Shown: positions 1 through 10,205, counted from the stretch's first letter. The stretch is DNA of 64,000 bases from Methanobacteriota archaeon (GCA_027064425.1 JAMOPO010000015.1:160001-224000), one strand, 5' to 3'. Translations and numbers: made by a program. The notes: a model not told the origin generated them from the sequence alone.

Positions 1-1026
1 CGCGACCCTGAGAAGGCCCGCCGGCTCGCGCGGCGGATCCGCGAGCTGGAGGTCGTCCGCGTCGAGCGCGAGCGGAAGCGAGTACCACCCCCGCCCCCGT
101 TCAACCTGACCGACCTGCAGCGGGCCGCCGGCAAGATCCTGAAAATCTCGCCGAAGAAGGCCCTCGACACGGCCCAGCGGCTCTACGAGGAGGGCCTGAT
201 CACGTACCCCAGAACGGCCACGAACAGGTACCCGCCCACCTTCAACCACGACGCCCTACTGCGCAAGCTGGAGCGGGCTCACCCGGGCGCGATGGCGGAC
301 TTCCGCCGGGCCGGGCGGCGCGGCAAGCCCGTGTCCGGTAAGGAGTACGACGGTGCTCACCCGCCCATCACCCCGACCGGGGAGCGGAAGCGCGTCAAGG
401 ACCGGCTCGGGACGCTAGCCTGGAAGCTCTACGACCTGGTCACCCGGCGCTACCTGGCCACGCTGTCCAGGGACGCCGAGGTGCTGGAGTGGAAGATCGT
501 CGCTCGGGACCCTGACACGGGCACCAGGTTCGTCGCGGAGGGCAAGGAGGTCAAGTTCGAGGGCTGGTACGCGGTTTACCCGTGGGAGAAGCCGAAGGAG
601 CGAAGGATGCCCAGCGTGCGCGAGGGGCAGGTCCTGCGGGCCCGAGTCCGGGCCGTGAAGCGGAAGGAGCCGCTGCCGCCGCGGTACTCGCAGTCGCGGC
701 TCGTGGCGAAGATGAAGAAGCTGGGGCTCGGGACGGAGTCCACCCGGGCGGAGATCGTGAAGAAGCTCTTCGACCGGGGGTACGTGAAGCGATCGGGTCG
801 AGGGATGAGGCCCACGCGCCGCGGGGAGCGGTTGATCGAGGTGATGGAGGAGAAGATCCCCGAGCTGGTGAGCGTGGAGCTCACGCGCCGGATCGAACAG
901 AAGATGGAGGAGATCTCGGAGCTGCCGCCCGAGAAAGCTCGAAAGCGAATGGAAGAGGTCACGAGGGAGGTAAAGCGAGCGGTCCGGAGGAACGCGAAGA
1001 AACTCGACGAGGTTCGGGTGGTATAA
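1..1026 (+). CDS. topA: DNA topoisomerase IA (archaeal Topo I/III), 5'-truncated by the window edge
   Basis: Frame is open from base 1: PPPFNLTDLQ, active-site LYEEGLITYPRT, GAHPPITPT, GLGTESTRAEI motifs. Confidence 0.9.
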   Translation, partial: RDPEKARRLARRIRELEVVRVERERKRVPPPPPFNLTDLQRAAGKILKISPKKALDTAQRLYEEGLITYPRTATNRYPPTFNHDALLRKLERAHPGAMADFRRAGRRGKPVSGKEYDGAHPPITPTGERKRVKDRLGTLAWKLYDLVTRRYLATLSRDAEVLEWKIVARDPDTGTRFVAEGKEVKFEGWYAVYPWEKPKERRMPSVREGQVLRARVRAVKRKEPLPPRYSQSRLVAKMKKLGLGTESTRAEIVKKLFDRGYVKRSGRGMRPTRRGERLIEVMEEKIPELVSVELTRRIEQKMEEISELPPEKARKRMEEVTREVKRAVRRNAKKLDEVRVV

Positions 1027-1029
1027 ACC

Positions 1030-1731
1030 ATGGTGGAGGCCGAGAAGGCCAAGATCCGGCGGAAGGTGTGGCAGGAGCTGGAGGAGTCCGGTGAGGCGGC
1101 TCCGCCGTTCCCCATCGAGGGCCGGATCCCGAACTTCAAGGGCGCCCAGCTCGCGGCCAGGAACCTGACCTCGACCGACGACTACGAGGACGCGGACGTG
1201 ATCAAGGTCAACCCGGACTCACCGCAGCGCCCAGTTCGGGAACGAGCCCTTCGGGACGGCAAGACGCTGATTATGCCCACGCCGCGCCTGCGCCGGGGCT
1301 TCCTGGTGGTGAAGAACCCGCGTAACCCGCGCCGGGCTTCCACCATCGGCGGGGCGTTCCAGGAGGGTCGCCTCGCGATGCCCGACGAGCTGCCCGCGCC
1401 GGACCTGGTGGTGGCGGGCTCCGTGGCGGTGGCACCGGACGGGGCCCGGCTGGGCAAGGGTGGCGGGTACTTCGACCTCGAGTGGGGTATCCTGGCCGAG
1501 CTAGGGCTGGTGGACGAGGACACGCCCGTTCATACGACCGTCCACGACATCCAGGTGCTGCCGGCCGGCGAGATCCCCATGGAGGAGCACGACGTTCCCG
1601 TCGACGTCGTTCACACGCCCACGGGGACCAACGAGTGCGACCGGAAGTACGAGAAGCCGGAGGGGTTACTCCGGGACCGAGTGAAGGAGAAGCTGGATGA
1701 GGTGAAGTGGTTGCGAGATTACCTGGACTGA
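1030..1731 (+). CDS. 5-formyltetrahydrofolate cyclo-ligase family protein (MTHFSD-like)
   Basis: RIPNFKGA, VNPDSPQ, PTPRLR, GARLGKGGGYFDLE, HDVPVD motifs. Confidence 0.85.
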   Translation: MVEAEKAKIRRKVWQELEESGEAAPPFPIEGRIPNFKGAQLAARNLTSTDDYEDADVIKVNPDSPQRPVRERALRDGKTLIMPTPRLRRGFLVVKNPRNPRRASTIGGAFQEGRLAMPDELPAPDLVVAGSVAVAPDGARLGKGGGYFDLEWGILAELGLVDEDTPVHTTVHDIQVLPAGEIPMEEHDVPVDVVHTPTGTNECDRKYEKPEGLLRDRVKEKLDEVKWLRDYLD

Positions 1732-1772
1732 TATCCCCAGACTAACCGCTGCTAACGGACTGCGCGTCCGAG

Positions 1773-2951
1773 CTAGTCGGCCGAGTCGGCGATCACGTCC
1801 GCGAGCTCCGTGAGCGCCGTCTCCAGCTCCTCTTCCTCGATAACTAGCGGCGGCACCAGCCGGATCACGTCTCCCGAGGTCACGTTCACTAGCACGCCTC
1901 GGTCCAGCATCTCTCGCGCGATCTCCTCGGCCCGGTCCTCGTCACCGACCTCGATACCGATCATCAGACCCTTGCCTCTGACCTCCACCACGTGATCCTC
2001 GATCTCCGACAGGATCTCCATCGCCAGCTCTCCCTTCCGCTCCGCGGCCTTCGGCAGGTCCTCCTCCAGCACCGTGCGCACCGTGGCCACCACGGCGGCG
2101 CACGCCAGTGGGTTGCCGCCGAACGTCGACCCATGGTCCCCGGGCTCGAAGGCCTCCGCAACCTCTTCCCGGGCGATCGTCGCGCCGACCGGAACCCCTC
2201 CCCCCAATCCCTTGGCGAGGCAAACGATGTCCGGCACGATGCCCTCGTGCTCGAACGCGAAGAACCTCCCGGTCCGCCCCATTCCCGTCTGGACCTCGTC
2301 GACGATCAGCAGCGCCCCGTACTCGTCGCAGAGCTCGCGCAGCCCCTTCAGAAAGCCCTCCGGCGGAACCCGGACGCCACCCTCGCCCTGCACCGGCTCC
2401 ACAATAACCCCGGCCGTGTCCTCGTCGATGGCCTCCTCCACGGCGTCCAGGTCGCCGTAGGGTACGTGTTCGAAGCCTGGGACCAGGGGCTCGAACGGCT
2501 CACGGAACTCGGGTTTCCAGGTCGCGGAGAGCGATCCCAGGGTGCGGCCGTGGAAGCCGTGCTCAAACGCGATGAACTTGGTGCGGCCCGTGTACTTCCG
2601 GGCGAGCTTGATCGCGCACTCCATGCTCTCGGTCCCGGAGTTGCAGAAGAAGACCCGGTTGAGGTCCCCGGGGGCCGTCTCCGCGAGGAGCTTCGCGGCC
2701 TCGGCCTGGGGCTCGTTGTAGTACAGGTTGGAGCAGTGGATCAGCCGGGAGGCCTGCTCGGTGATGGCCTCCACCACGGCCGGGTGGCAGTGCCCGAGCA
2801 CGTTCACCGCGATCCCGGCCACGAGGTCGATGTACTCGCGCCCCTCGTCGTCCTTCACCCGGGCTCCCTTACCCTCCACGATCGTGATCGGAAACCGGGA
2901 GTAAACGTCCATGTGGTACTCGTCCAGGATCTCCTTCGCGTTCAGGATCAC
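1773..2951 (-). CDS. argD: Acetylornithine aminotransferase (class III PLP)
   Basis: YIDLVAGIAV, NSGTE, FHGRT, DEVQTGMGRTG, AKGLGGG, HGSTFGGNPLA. Confidence 0.9.
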   Translation of the reverse strand: MILNAKEILDEYHMDVYSRFPITIVEGKGARVKDDEGREYIDLVAGIAVNVLGHCHPAVVEAITEQASRLIHCSNLYYNEPQAEAAKLLAETAPGDLNRVFFCNSGTESMECAIKLARKYTGRTKFIAFEHGFHGRTLGSLSATWKPEFREPFEPLVPGFEHVPYGDLDAVEEAIDEDTAGVIVEPVQGEGGVRVPPEGFLKGLRELCDEYGALLIVDEVQTGMGRTGRFFAFEHEGIVPDIVCLAKGLGGGVPVGATIAREEVAEAFEPGDHGSTFGGNPLACAAVVATVRTVLEEDLPKAAERKGELAMEILSEIEDHVVEVRGKGLMIGIEVGDEDRAEEIAREMLDRGVLVNVTSGDVIRLVPPLVIEEEELETALTELADVIADSAD

Positions 2952-3850
2952 TCCCCCTCCAGCAGGCCCAGGTCCTTCAGCACCCGCTTGAGGAGCTCCT
3001 TGGTGTCTTCCCGGGCCTCCTTTAGGGGCGGCCTCGGGGGGCTGGACGCCATGCCGACCATCTCCGCGGCCGCCTTGACGGGGATCGGGTTCGTCTCGGT
3101 GAACAGGGCCCGGTGCAGCGGGAGCAGCTTGTAGTGGAGCTCTCGCGCCTTCTCCAAGTCACCCCGCTTCCAGGCCTCGTACATCTCGACCATCAGCTCG
3201 GGGGCTACGTTGGCCGTCACGGAGATCACGCCACAGCCGCCCACGGCCAGGATGGGCAGGGTCAGCTCGTCCACGCCGGACAGCACGATGAAGTCGTCGG
3301 GGGTCTCCTCCACGAAGCGCTGAACCAGGTCCAGGTCGCCGCTCGCCTCCTTCACCCCGATGATGTGTGAGTACTCCTCAGCGAGCTTGGCGGCCGTCTC
3401 AGGGTCCAGTGAGCACCCGGTCCGCGAGGGCACGTTGTAGAGAATGATCGGGCACTCGACCGCCTCGGCGATCCGGGAGAAGTGAAGGTACAACCCTTCC
3501 TGCGGCGGCCGGTTGTAGTACGGGACCACGGACAGGATCGCGTCGGCACCCACGTCCTCAGCGTACCGGGAGAGCTCGAGCGCTTCCCGGGTCGAGTTCG
3601 AGCCGGCGCCGGCGATGACGGGAACCTTACCGTTCACCTCGTCCACAACGATCTCGATCACGCGCCGGTGCTCCGCGTGGCTGAGTGTGGAGGACTCACC
3701 GGTCGTCCCGGCCGGGACGACCCCGTGCACGCCGGCCTCGATCAGCCTTGAAACGTTCTCGCGGAGGCCTTCCTCGTCGATCCCTTTAAGGTCGTCCGTG
3801 AACGGTGTGATCAGGGCGGGAATGACGCCCTCAATGTCCACGCCGGTCAA
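2948..3850 (-). CDS. dapA: 4-hydroxy-tetrahydrodipicolinate synthase
   Basis: GTTGES, PYYN, YNVPSRTG, KEASG, ETNPIPVK. Confidence 0.95.
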   Translation of the reverse strand: MTGVDIEGVIPALITPFTDDLKGIDEEGLRENVSRLIEAGVHGVVPAGTTGESSTLSHAEHRRVIEIVVDEVNGKVPVIAGAGSNSTREALELSRYAEDVGADAILSVVPYYNRPPQEGLYLHFSRIAEAVECPIILYNVPSRTGCSLDPETAAKLAEEYSHIIGVKEASGDLDLVQRFVEETPDDFIVLSGVDELTLPILAVGGCGVISVTANVAPELMVEMYEAWKRGDLEKARELHYKLLPLHRALFTETNPIPVKAAAEMVGMASSPPRPPLKEAREDTKELLKRVLKDLGLLEGE

Positions 3851-3865
3851 GGCGTGTCCTCCCGG

Positions 3866-4081
3866 TTACTCCTCCTCGGCCTCCTCCTTCTGCTTCTCCT
3901 TGAGCTTCATCAGGTGAGTGACGTAGCCCGCGATCAGGTTCCGGAGGCGCTTGGTCTTAGGCTCCGCCACGATCTCAACGACCTTCTTGTTGTGCTCGAA
4001 GTCGGTCGTCAGGTACTCCTCGTACTTCTCCACGATCTCCCGAGCCGGCCGCTTGACGAACGAGGGGCGGACTTTACCCAT
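3866..4081 (-). CDS. rps17e: 30S ribosomal protein S17e
   Basis: MGKVRP, TTDFEHNKK, RLRNLIAGYVT. Confidence 0.95.
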   Translation of the reverse strand: MGKVRPSFVKRPAREIVEKYEEYLTTDFEHNKKVVEIVAEPKTKRLRNLIAGYVTHLMKLKEKQKEEAEEE

Positions 4082-4358
4082 CCTCCATCACCCCTCGCTG
4101 CACCCTCTTGCTGGCCTCAAGGAGCGAGTCCAGGATCAGGTCCGCGAGCGCGGGATCCAACCCCTCAGCTTTAAACCTCTCCCTCCACCTCCTCCGGAGC
4201 TCCCGCTCCCGCTCGCGGTCGGTCAGTGGCAGACCCTCCCTGGCCTTGACCCTCCCGATCTTCTCAGCGACCTTCAGCCTGCGGATGATGGTGTCCAGGA
4301 GATCCTCGTCGATGTCGTCAATTTGCCGCCTAAGACCCTCGAGCGCGCTCAAGACCAA
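4074..4358 (-). CDS. aroQ: Chorismate mutase (AroQ type); TTG start at 4352 or 4358
   Basis: LEGLRRQIDDIDEDLL..RRLKVAEKIGRVK..DRERE; adjacent to shikimate kinase. Confidence 0.85.
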   Translation of the reverse strand: MVLSALEGLRRQIDDIDEDLLDTIIRRLKVAEKIGRVKAREGLPLTDRERERELRRRWRERFKAEGLDPALADLILDSLLEASKRVQRGVMEDG

Positions 4359-5169
4359 CGACCCGCGCCCGAAGCGTTCTCCCCAGTTCTTCCCACTCAT
4401 CCTCTACGGCCTGGGCGTCCGAGCCGGTCTCGCACAGGGCCACGTAGGCCGGCCCGGTGCCGGATAACCCCGCCGCTGCCGCCCCGGCCTCCAGCGCGTC
4501 CACCACGGGGTCCAGGTCGTGCCCCAGCAGGGGACAGTACGCGGCCGAGTTGATCAGCATCGCCGACCGGTAGTCGCCGGCGAGCGCTCGCTCGAAGGCT
4601 GCCTCCGCCACCGGAGCCACCCTCTCCAGTCGCTCAACGTCCACCTCCCTGGTCTCCACCCTTCCTCCGGGGAGGAGGATCACCGCGTGATCGTAGGGGG
4701 GCTCGCGCAGGTCGACGATCCTGCGCTCGTCGTTCAGCGTGAGCACGATCCCGCCCAAAAAGGAGGCGCAGGCGTCGTCGTAAGCTCCCGTCGCCGTCAC
4801 TCCCGCCCTGATGCTGGCCTCGACCCCGAGCCGGACGACCTCGATGGGCTCCGGGTCCTCCCCCAGCGCCCGGAGCAGCGCCTCGATCACGGCGTTCGAT
4901 ACGGCGCTGCTGCTGGCCAGGCCCACCGCCACCGGGATCTCCGAGTCGATCTCGATGCGGAAGCCCACGTCCTCACCGGTCCGCTCCCGCACCACGTCGG
5001 CGCAGTGCTCGACGAGCGACGTGTCGTCAACGTCCGTCCTGACCTCGTCCTCGTCGGCCACCTGAGCACGGACGGTAACCTTCAAATCAAGCGCGAAGGC
5101 GCACCCCTTCTTGGCGGAGATGGCGTTGACGATGGTGCCGGCGGCGTAGGCGCTGCCCCGTCCCGGCAC
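4330..5169 (-). CDS. aroK: Archaeal shikimate kinase (GHMP family)
   Basis: GTIVNAI, GLASSSA, TGAYDDACAS, GLSGTGPA. Confidence 0.9.
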   Translation of the reverse strand: MPGRGSAYAAGTIVNAISAKKGCAFALDLKVTVRAQVADEDEVRTDVDDTSLVEHCADVVRERTGEDVGFRIEIDSEIPVAVGLASSSAVSNAVIEALLRALGEDPEPIEVVRLGVEASIRAGVTATGAYDDACASFLGGIVLTLNDERRIVDLREPPYDHAVILLPGGRVETREVDVERLERVAPVAEAAFERALAGDYRSAMLINSAAYCPLLGHDLDPVVDALEAGAAAAGLSGTGPAYVALCETGSDAQAVEDEWEELGRTLRARVVGLERARGS

Positions 5170-5211
5170 GATACCACCCCGGCACGCTCACTAGAGCCCG
5201 AGCGCGGGCCC

Positions 5212-5370
5212 GCCCCGGCGCGGCAGGCGGTGGGGAGGTGGCTGAGGGCCGCCGATGATCCACCGTTCAACGGTCGGGGCACACGGGCGATGAGCCCCGC
5301 TGGCCCGACCGGGCGGAGTTGGGCTCGCGCCCGACGATGACGCCCCGGTCCCGTCGGGCGGGGTACAGTC
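5212..5370 (+). ncRNA. Two-hairpin H/ACA guide sRNA (candidate)
   Basis: Each hairpin has a lower stem, a bipartite pocket, an upper stem with a GA/GAUGA K-turn, and an ACA box (5281-83, 5365-67) 14 nt from the pocket. Confidence 0.75.
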
Positions 5371-5821
5371 ACTCCTTTGGTTTCTCCAATCGCTCCATGA
5401 CGAACTCGCACTTCTCCTCGTCCACGTTGATCTCCTTCATGCGCATCTCCTGGTTGAACGTCTCCTCGGTGGCCTTCAGGATGAAGGAGGCGAACGGGCA
5501 GACCACCGGCACCTTGTCGCGCCTCAGCAGCGCCCGCTTCGCGTCGGAGAAGGGGCACTCGACCACCGTCACGCGGATCTCGTCCTCGGTCTCCTCAACC
5601 TCGACCGCCTCCACCGAGTCCAGCTTCTCGAGCACGTCCTCGATGTCGTGGGCCAGTGACTCCGCCGTGTCCCCTGTGATCTCCAGCAGCTCCTCGTCCT
5701 CAATGTGCTTGAGCATCGCACGGCCGGCGATCCGGTTGAGTGCCAGTGCCATCTTGCCATGCGTCTCGTAAAGGGCCTCTTGCAGCCCAATCACGAAGAG
5801 CTTTGATACCTTCTTCACCAT
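5369..5821 (-). CDS. Hypothetical protein, V4R/methanogen output-domain-like
   Basis: Typical codon usage; VTVVECPF...VCPF...CEF cysteine pattern. Confidence 0.55.
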   Translation of the reverse strand: MVKKVSKLFVIGLQEALYETHGKMALALNRIAGRAMLKHIEDEELLEITGDTAESLAHDIEDVLEKLDSVEAVEVEETEDEIRVTVVECPFSDAKRALLRRDKVPVVCPFASFILKATEETFNQEMRMKEINVDEEKCEFVMERLEKPKE

Positions 5822-5830
5822 ATCCCCGCG

Positions 5831-7180
5831 CTACCCCCTTAGCACGTTTCTTATAACTCTACCGAGCTCCCCACCTATTCTCGGGATGCGGCCGCTCTGG
5901 ATGTCCTCGAGCACCTCCTTCATCATCTTATAGTGGTTTAAGAGTTCTATGACGTCCTTCTCGGACGTGCCCGAACCGATCGCTATCCTCCTGATTCTGG
6001 ACTTGTTCAGGATCTCCGGGTTCTTCAGCTCCTCCTCGGTCATCGAATCCATGATCACCTTGTACTTCTTCAGCCGCTCCTCCGTGATCTTGGACAGCTC
6101 CTTCGCCCGGCGCCCCGCACCCATTCCGGGCACGAGCTGTAGCAGCTTATCCACGGGCCCCATCTTGCTCAGCGCCTCAAGCTGCTCGTACAGGTCCTTC
6201 AGCGTGAACTCGCCCTCCAGGACGTCCTCCTCTCCCTCTTCCTCCTCCTCAAGCATCTCCTCCGTGCGCCGCAGCAGCTCGTCGATGTCGCCGATGCCCA
6301 GCAGCCGCGCCACGAAGCTCTTCGGGTTGAACTCCTCCAGGTCGTCCAGCCGCTCACCGGTTCCAATGAACTTGATCGGAGCGCCCGTCCTGGCCACGGC
6401 CGAGAGCGCTCCGCCTCCCTTCGCCGCCGTGTCGAGCTTGGTCAGGATCACCCCCGTCAGCGGGACCGCCTCGTGGAACGCCTCCGCGTGATCGCCCGCC
6501 TTCTGACCCACCGTGGCGTCCAGCACCAGCAGCACCTCGTGCGGCTCCACCTTCTCCGCCATCTCCTTGAGCTCCTCGATCAGGTCCTCGCTCAGCCGAT
6601 CCCGGCCCGCCGTGTCGATGATAATCACGTCACACTCGTCCTTGAGCGCCTCGACGCCCTTGACGGCCATCTCAACGGCGTCGTCCGTGTCCTCCGTGTG
6701 GACGGGGGCCCCAACCTCCTCGGCCAGCTGCCGCAGCTGCTCGTCAGCCGCCGGTCGGTAAGGGTCCGCGCAGACGAGGCCGACCTTGAACCCCCTCCGC
6801 TGCAGGTACCGGGCCAGCTTGGCCGCCGTGGTGGTTTTACCCATTCCGTAGAGACCAACCAGCATAATGACGTTGACGTCACGGGACGGGTCCACGTCGA
6901 GCTCCTCCGTCTCCTCACCGCCCAGCAGCTCGACCAGCTCCTCGTACACGATCCTTAGCAGGTAGTCGCGCTTGGGCACGCCGGCGGGCGGCTCCTCCTC
7001 CAGCGCCCGCTTCTCGATCCGCTTGCTGAGATCCAGCACGAGCTGCACGTCCACGTCCGCCTCGAGCAGCGCCCGCTGAACGTCGCGCACCACCTCCTTC
7101 ACGAGCTTCTCGTCGATGACCGGGGCACCCTTGATCTTGTCCACTAGCGAGGAGAGACGGTCGCCCAGTCCCCCGATCAC
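5831..7180 (-). CDS. srp54: Signal recognition particle protein SRP54
   Basis: GLYGMGKTTT, DTAGR, TKLD, M-domain SRIRRIAIGSG. Confidence 0.97.
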   Translation of the reverse strand: MIGGLGDRLSSLVDKIKGAPVIDEKLVKEVVRDVQRALLEADVDVQLVLDLSKRIEKRALEEEPPAGVPKRDYLLRIVYEELVELLGGEETEELDVDPSRDVNVIMLVGLYGMGKTTTAAKLARYLQRRGFKVGLVCADPYRPAADEQLRQLAEEVGAPVHTEDTDDAVEMAVKGVEALKDECDVIIIDTAGRDRLSEDLIEELKEMAEKVEPHEVLLVLDATVGQKAGDHAEAFHEAVPLTGVILTKLDTAAKGGGALSAVARTGAPIKFIGTGERLDDLEEFNPKSFVARLLGIGDIDELLRRTEEMLEEEEEGEEDVLEGEFTLKDLYEQLEALSKMGPVDKLLQLVPGMGAGRRAKELSKITEERLKKYKVIMDSMTEEELKNPEILNKSRIRRIAIGSGTSEKDVIELLNHYKMMKEVLEDIQSGRIPRIGGELGRVIRNVLRG

Positions 7181-8271
7181 GCCGACTCACCCCCGGTGAC
7201 GCGCTCGACGAACCACTCCGGGGTGAACCGCTTCAGGTCGTCGTAGCCCTGCCCCACGCCTAAGTATAGGATGGGGGCCCCGGTCACCTTGGTGATGGAC
7301 AGGACCGCACCTCCCTTCGCGTCCGCGTCCACCTTGGTCAGGATGGCGCAGTCGATGCCGACGTACTCGTCGAACGTCCGAGCCTGCTCCACGGCGTCGT
7401 TGCCCGCGAGCGCGTCTCCCACGAAAATAACCAGGTCGGGCTCGAGCACGCGCTTCATCTTCTTGAGCTCTTCCATCAGGTTCACGTCCGTGTAGGCCCG
7501 GCCGGCGGTGTCCACCAGCACGACATCCTTGCCCTTCGACTCCGCGTGCTGGACCGCGTTGAACGCGACCGCCGCCGGATCGTCGCCTTTCTCGCCCTTG
7601 ATCAGCGTGACCCCGAGCCGCTCGGCGTGCTCCTCCAGCTGCTCAATCGCGGCGGCTCGAAACGTGTCCGCGGCGGCGATGACCACGGAGTAGCCGCGGT
7701 CCTTGAGCAGCTTGGCCACCTTGGCGATGGTCGTCGTCTTGCCGCTGCCGTTCACGCCGACGAACATGAGAACGGCGGGCCGGCCCTCCTCTCGGGCCTT
7801 TTCCACGACCTCGAACAGGTCGACCTCCTTCTCCGGCTCGAGCACGGAGAGCAGCGCCCGCCTGAGGCTCCGCTCGACGACCTTAGGGATCTCGGACTTG
7901 CCCTTCACCTTCTTGCCGATCAGCTCCTGCTCGAGCTCCTCCCGGATACTCTCCGCCACCTCCACCGCCACGTCGTTGCTGATCAGCTCCAGCTCGAGCT
8001 CGTCCAGAACGTCCTTAACATCCTCCCGGGTGATCATGACCTCGCGCTTGATCACCCGCTTCAGCTTCTCCTTCAGCGAGGGCTTCTCCAGCTCCTCCGG
8101 AATCTCCTCCCTCTCGTCTCGCTCCTCGGGCTTTTCGCGCTCTTCAATCGTTTCGGTTTCCTTAACTTTTCCCGGCTCGCTTTCGGCCCCCGCCTCCTCG
8201 GCCCGCTTCTCCACGCGCCTGGTGACCCTCTCCTTGACGCTGCTGAGCAGCTCCTTCATCTTTCCGAACAC
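7177..8271 (-). CDS. ftsY: SRP receptor FtsY
   Basis: GVNGSGKTTT, DTFRAAA, DTAGR, GVGQGYDDL. Confidence 0.97.
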   Translation of the reverse strand: MFGKMKELLSSVKERVTRRVEKRAEEAGAESEPGKVKETETIEEREKPEERDEREEIPEELEKPSLKEKLKRVIKREVMITREDVKDVLDELELELISNDVAVEVAESIREELEQELIGKKVKGKSEIPKVVERSLRRALLSVLEPEKEVDLFEVVEKAREEGRPAVLMFVGVNGSGKTTTIAKVAKLLKDRGYSVVIAAADTFRAAAIEQLEEHAERLGVTLIKGEKGDDPAAVAFNAVQHAESKGKDVVLVDTAGRAYTDVNLMEELKKMKRVLEPDLVIFVGDALAGNDAVEQARTFDEYVGIDCAILTKVDADAKGGAVLSITKVTGAPILYLGVGQGYDDLKRFTPEWFVERVTGGESA

Positions 8272-8296
8272 GGCTCAATCCCCCAAAGACGTGGGG

Positions 8297-8818
8297 TTAA
8301 GAGCCGCCGGAGGAGCCTCCCGTCTGCCGCTGCTGAGCGGTCTGCGGAGCCTGCTGGGCCTGCTGCGGCGGCTGGGCCAGACCGAGCTTCTCGGCCAGCT
8401 GCTGCGCCTCACGCTGCTTCTCCTGCAGCTCCTGCGAGAGCTTCTGCAGCCGCTTTTGCGCCTCCGAGCGCGCCTTCTCCAGCTCCTGCCGCCGGTTATC
8501 GATGGACTCCAGCGCCTCGTCGATCGTGCGCTCGACGGCCACGCCCGCGCCGATGCCCACGATGACCTTGTCCGTGTCCACGATCGTCGCCTTCACGAAC
8601 GACTGGGCGCCGACGGGGACCAGGACCTCCTCCTCGCCCTTGAGCTCGCGCACGCCCTTGAGCGTCTCCTCCACGCGATTCAGCTCCTCGATGGAGGACT
8701 CGATCAGGTCCAGCTGCGCGTTGATCGCCTCCATTTGACCTTGCAGCTGCTGGATCTCGGCCAGCAGGCGCTGAAGCTTCTCCCGGTCCTTCTCCTTCCC
8801 TTCCTTCTCCGCCATCAC
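8297..8818 (-). CDS. pfdA: Prefoldin alpha subunit with Gln-rich C-terminal tail
   Basis: Coiled coils flanking EVLVPVGAQSFV / VIVGIGAGVAVE; conserved gene order. Confidence 0.92.
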   Translation of the reverse strand: MMAEKEGKEKDREKLQRLLAEIQQLQGQMEAINAQLDLIESSIEELNRVEETLKGVRELKGEEEVLVPVGAQSFVKATIVDTDKVIVGIGAGVAVERTIDEALESIDNRRQELEKARSEAQKRLQKLSQELQEKQREAQQLAEKLGLAQPPQQAQQAPQTAQQRQTGGSSGGS

Positions 8819-9084
8819 TCCTCCACCCCGAGGAGCCTCCTGAGCACGGGGTCCTCGACGTCTTCCGGCTCGATCTCCTTGATCTCCTCGATCCGAATCT
8901 CCGTCCGAGACACCCGGTGCTCGCTGCCCAGCTCGGAGTACACCTTCTCGAGCGCCTCCTCCTTGCAGGTGGCCGTCACCTGCTTCCGGAAGGGCTGCTT
9001 GGGCTCGTCACCCATCCGGAACGTGCCGCGGACCTCGTACACCCTCACCTCGGGACCCTCCTCCGACACGGGGCACACCCCCAC
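8815..9084 (-). CDS. rpl18a: 50S ribosomal protein L18Ae/LX
   Basis: YEVRG, EKVYSELGSEH..R; located between eIF6 and pfdA. Confidence 0.88.
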   Translation of the reverse strand: MGVCPVSEEGPEVRVYEVRGTFRMGDEPKQPFRKQVTATCKEEALEKVYSELGSEHRVSRTEIRIEEIKEIEPEDVEDPVLRRLLGVEE

Positions 9085-9755
9085 TACACCAGGTGAAGCG
9101 CGTCCTCGATGCGGGCGAGCTCGGGGCCGGTCGTCTCCTCCCCGACCAGGGCGCCCTTGGAGTTTACCACCAGCCCGGTCCCGACGTACGGGGAACCCTT
9201 GTTAACGGTCCCCACCTCGGCCTCCACTCCGAGAACCTTGGACACGAGCTCCAGCTCCTCCTCCGTTGCGCCCGGGTGGATCAGGGCCCCCTTCGAGTTC
9301 GCCACGCCGGCGGACCCTACCGTCTTCACCCCGCCGATCTCCGCCCGCTCCACCCGGCAGCCGAGCACGGACTCGACGACCTCGAGCGCGTGATCGTCCA
9401 GGTCAGGGTGAACCAGGGCGCCTTTGTCGTTCGTCAGGATGAGGTTGCCCACCGCGTTCATCTTCGAGGGAAGCACGTCCACCTCCACGCCCAGCTCGGC
9501 GACGGCCCTGATCTCCCGGTCGTCGGCCTGCCGCGGGAAGAGGGCCCCGTTGGAGTTCACGGCCAGCAGGGAGCCGACCAGGTTGCTCCCCGCGACGGTG
9601 GTCTTCACCACCTCTACGTCCAGCGCCTCCTCGATCTCCTTGACCACGTCATCCGGAACCCGGGGGGCGACCACCGCAAACTCCTCGGATACAGCGATCC
9701 AGGCGCCTACGTTCGGGTCCCCGCGGATCGAGGCTTTGACGACCGTCATCGTCAC
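9084..9755 (-). CDS. eif6: Translation initiation factor aIF6
   Basis: [39 protein letters not shown]. Confidence 0.95.
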   Translation of the reverse strand: MTMTVVKASIRGDPNVGAWIAVSEEFAVVAPRVPDDVVKEIEEALDVEVVKTTVAGSNLVGSLLAVNSNGALFPRQADDREIRAVAELGVEVDVLPSKMNAVGNLILTNDKGALVHPDLDDHALEVVESVLGCRVERAEIGGVKTVGSAGVANSKGALIHPGATEEELELVSKVLGVEAEVGTVNKGSPYVGTGLVVNSKGALVGEETTGPELARIEDALHLV

Positions 9756-10024
9756 TCCGCCAGCCTGACCTCGACGGTTCCATCCTCGTACTTCACCGCG
9801 CGGACCCTCACCCGGGAGGGCGGCTTCTTGATGCCGCGCTCCCAGATCTTCTCGTTCACGTCGTTCCCGATCTTCACCTCCTCCGCCTTCATGTGCCGCT
9901 CGATGAACTGTCGGAGCACCTTGATCGCCTTAGGGGCCCGCTTCTTCAGGGGCGCCTTCTTGGCGTCCCTCAGCGGGACCGTGTAGACGCGCTCCTCCAC
10001 GATCTCACCCTCGCCCTCCGCCAT
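9752..10024 (-). CDS. rpl31e: 50S ribosomal protein L31e
   Basis: [28 protein letters not shown]. Confidence 0.95.
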   Translation of the reverse strand: MAEGEGEIVEERVYTVPLRDAKKAPLKKRAPKAIKVLRQFIERHMKAEEVKIGNDVNEKIWERGIKKPPSRVRVRAVKYEDGTVEVRLAE

Positions 10025-10037
10025 CGCAGTCGCCCCC

Positions 10038-10193
10038 TCACGGCTTCAGCTTGTTCCTCCGCCAGTGCCGCTGCTTCGGGTTCTCGATGTCTCGGCCGCC
10101 CGTCTTCGCGATCACCCAGGGCGGGACCCGCCGGTTCTGCTTGATCGCCCGCCCCATCCTCAGCTTCTTGCCCAGCGGCTTGGCCTTGGCCAT
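10038..10193 (-). CDS. rpl39e: 50S ribosomal protein L39e (51 aa; absent from the ORF track)
   Basis: Manual translation: [51 protein letters not shown]. Confidence 0.95.
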   Translation of the reverse strand: MAKAKPLGKKLRMGRAIKQNRRVPPWVIAKTGGRDIENPKQRHWRRNKLKP

Positions 10194-10205
10194 CGGGGGC
10201 TCCCC

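Noticed and set aside
1-1026. Possible split reverse-gyrase subunit
   Set aside because: Motifs ITYPRT and GLGTESTR fit archaeal TopA, not reverse gyrase (ITYHRTD).
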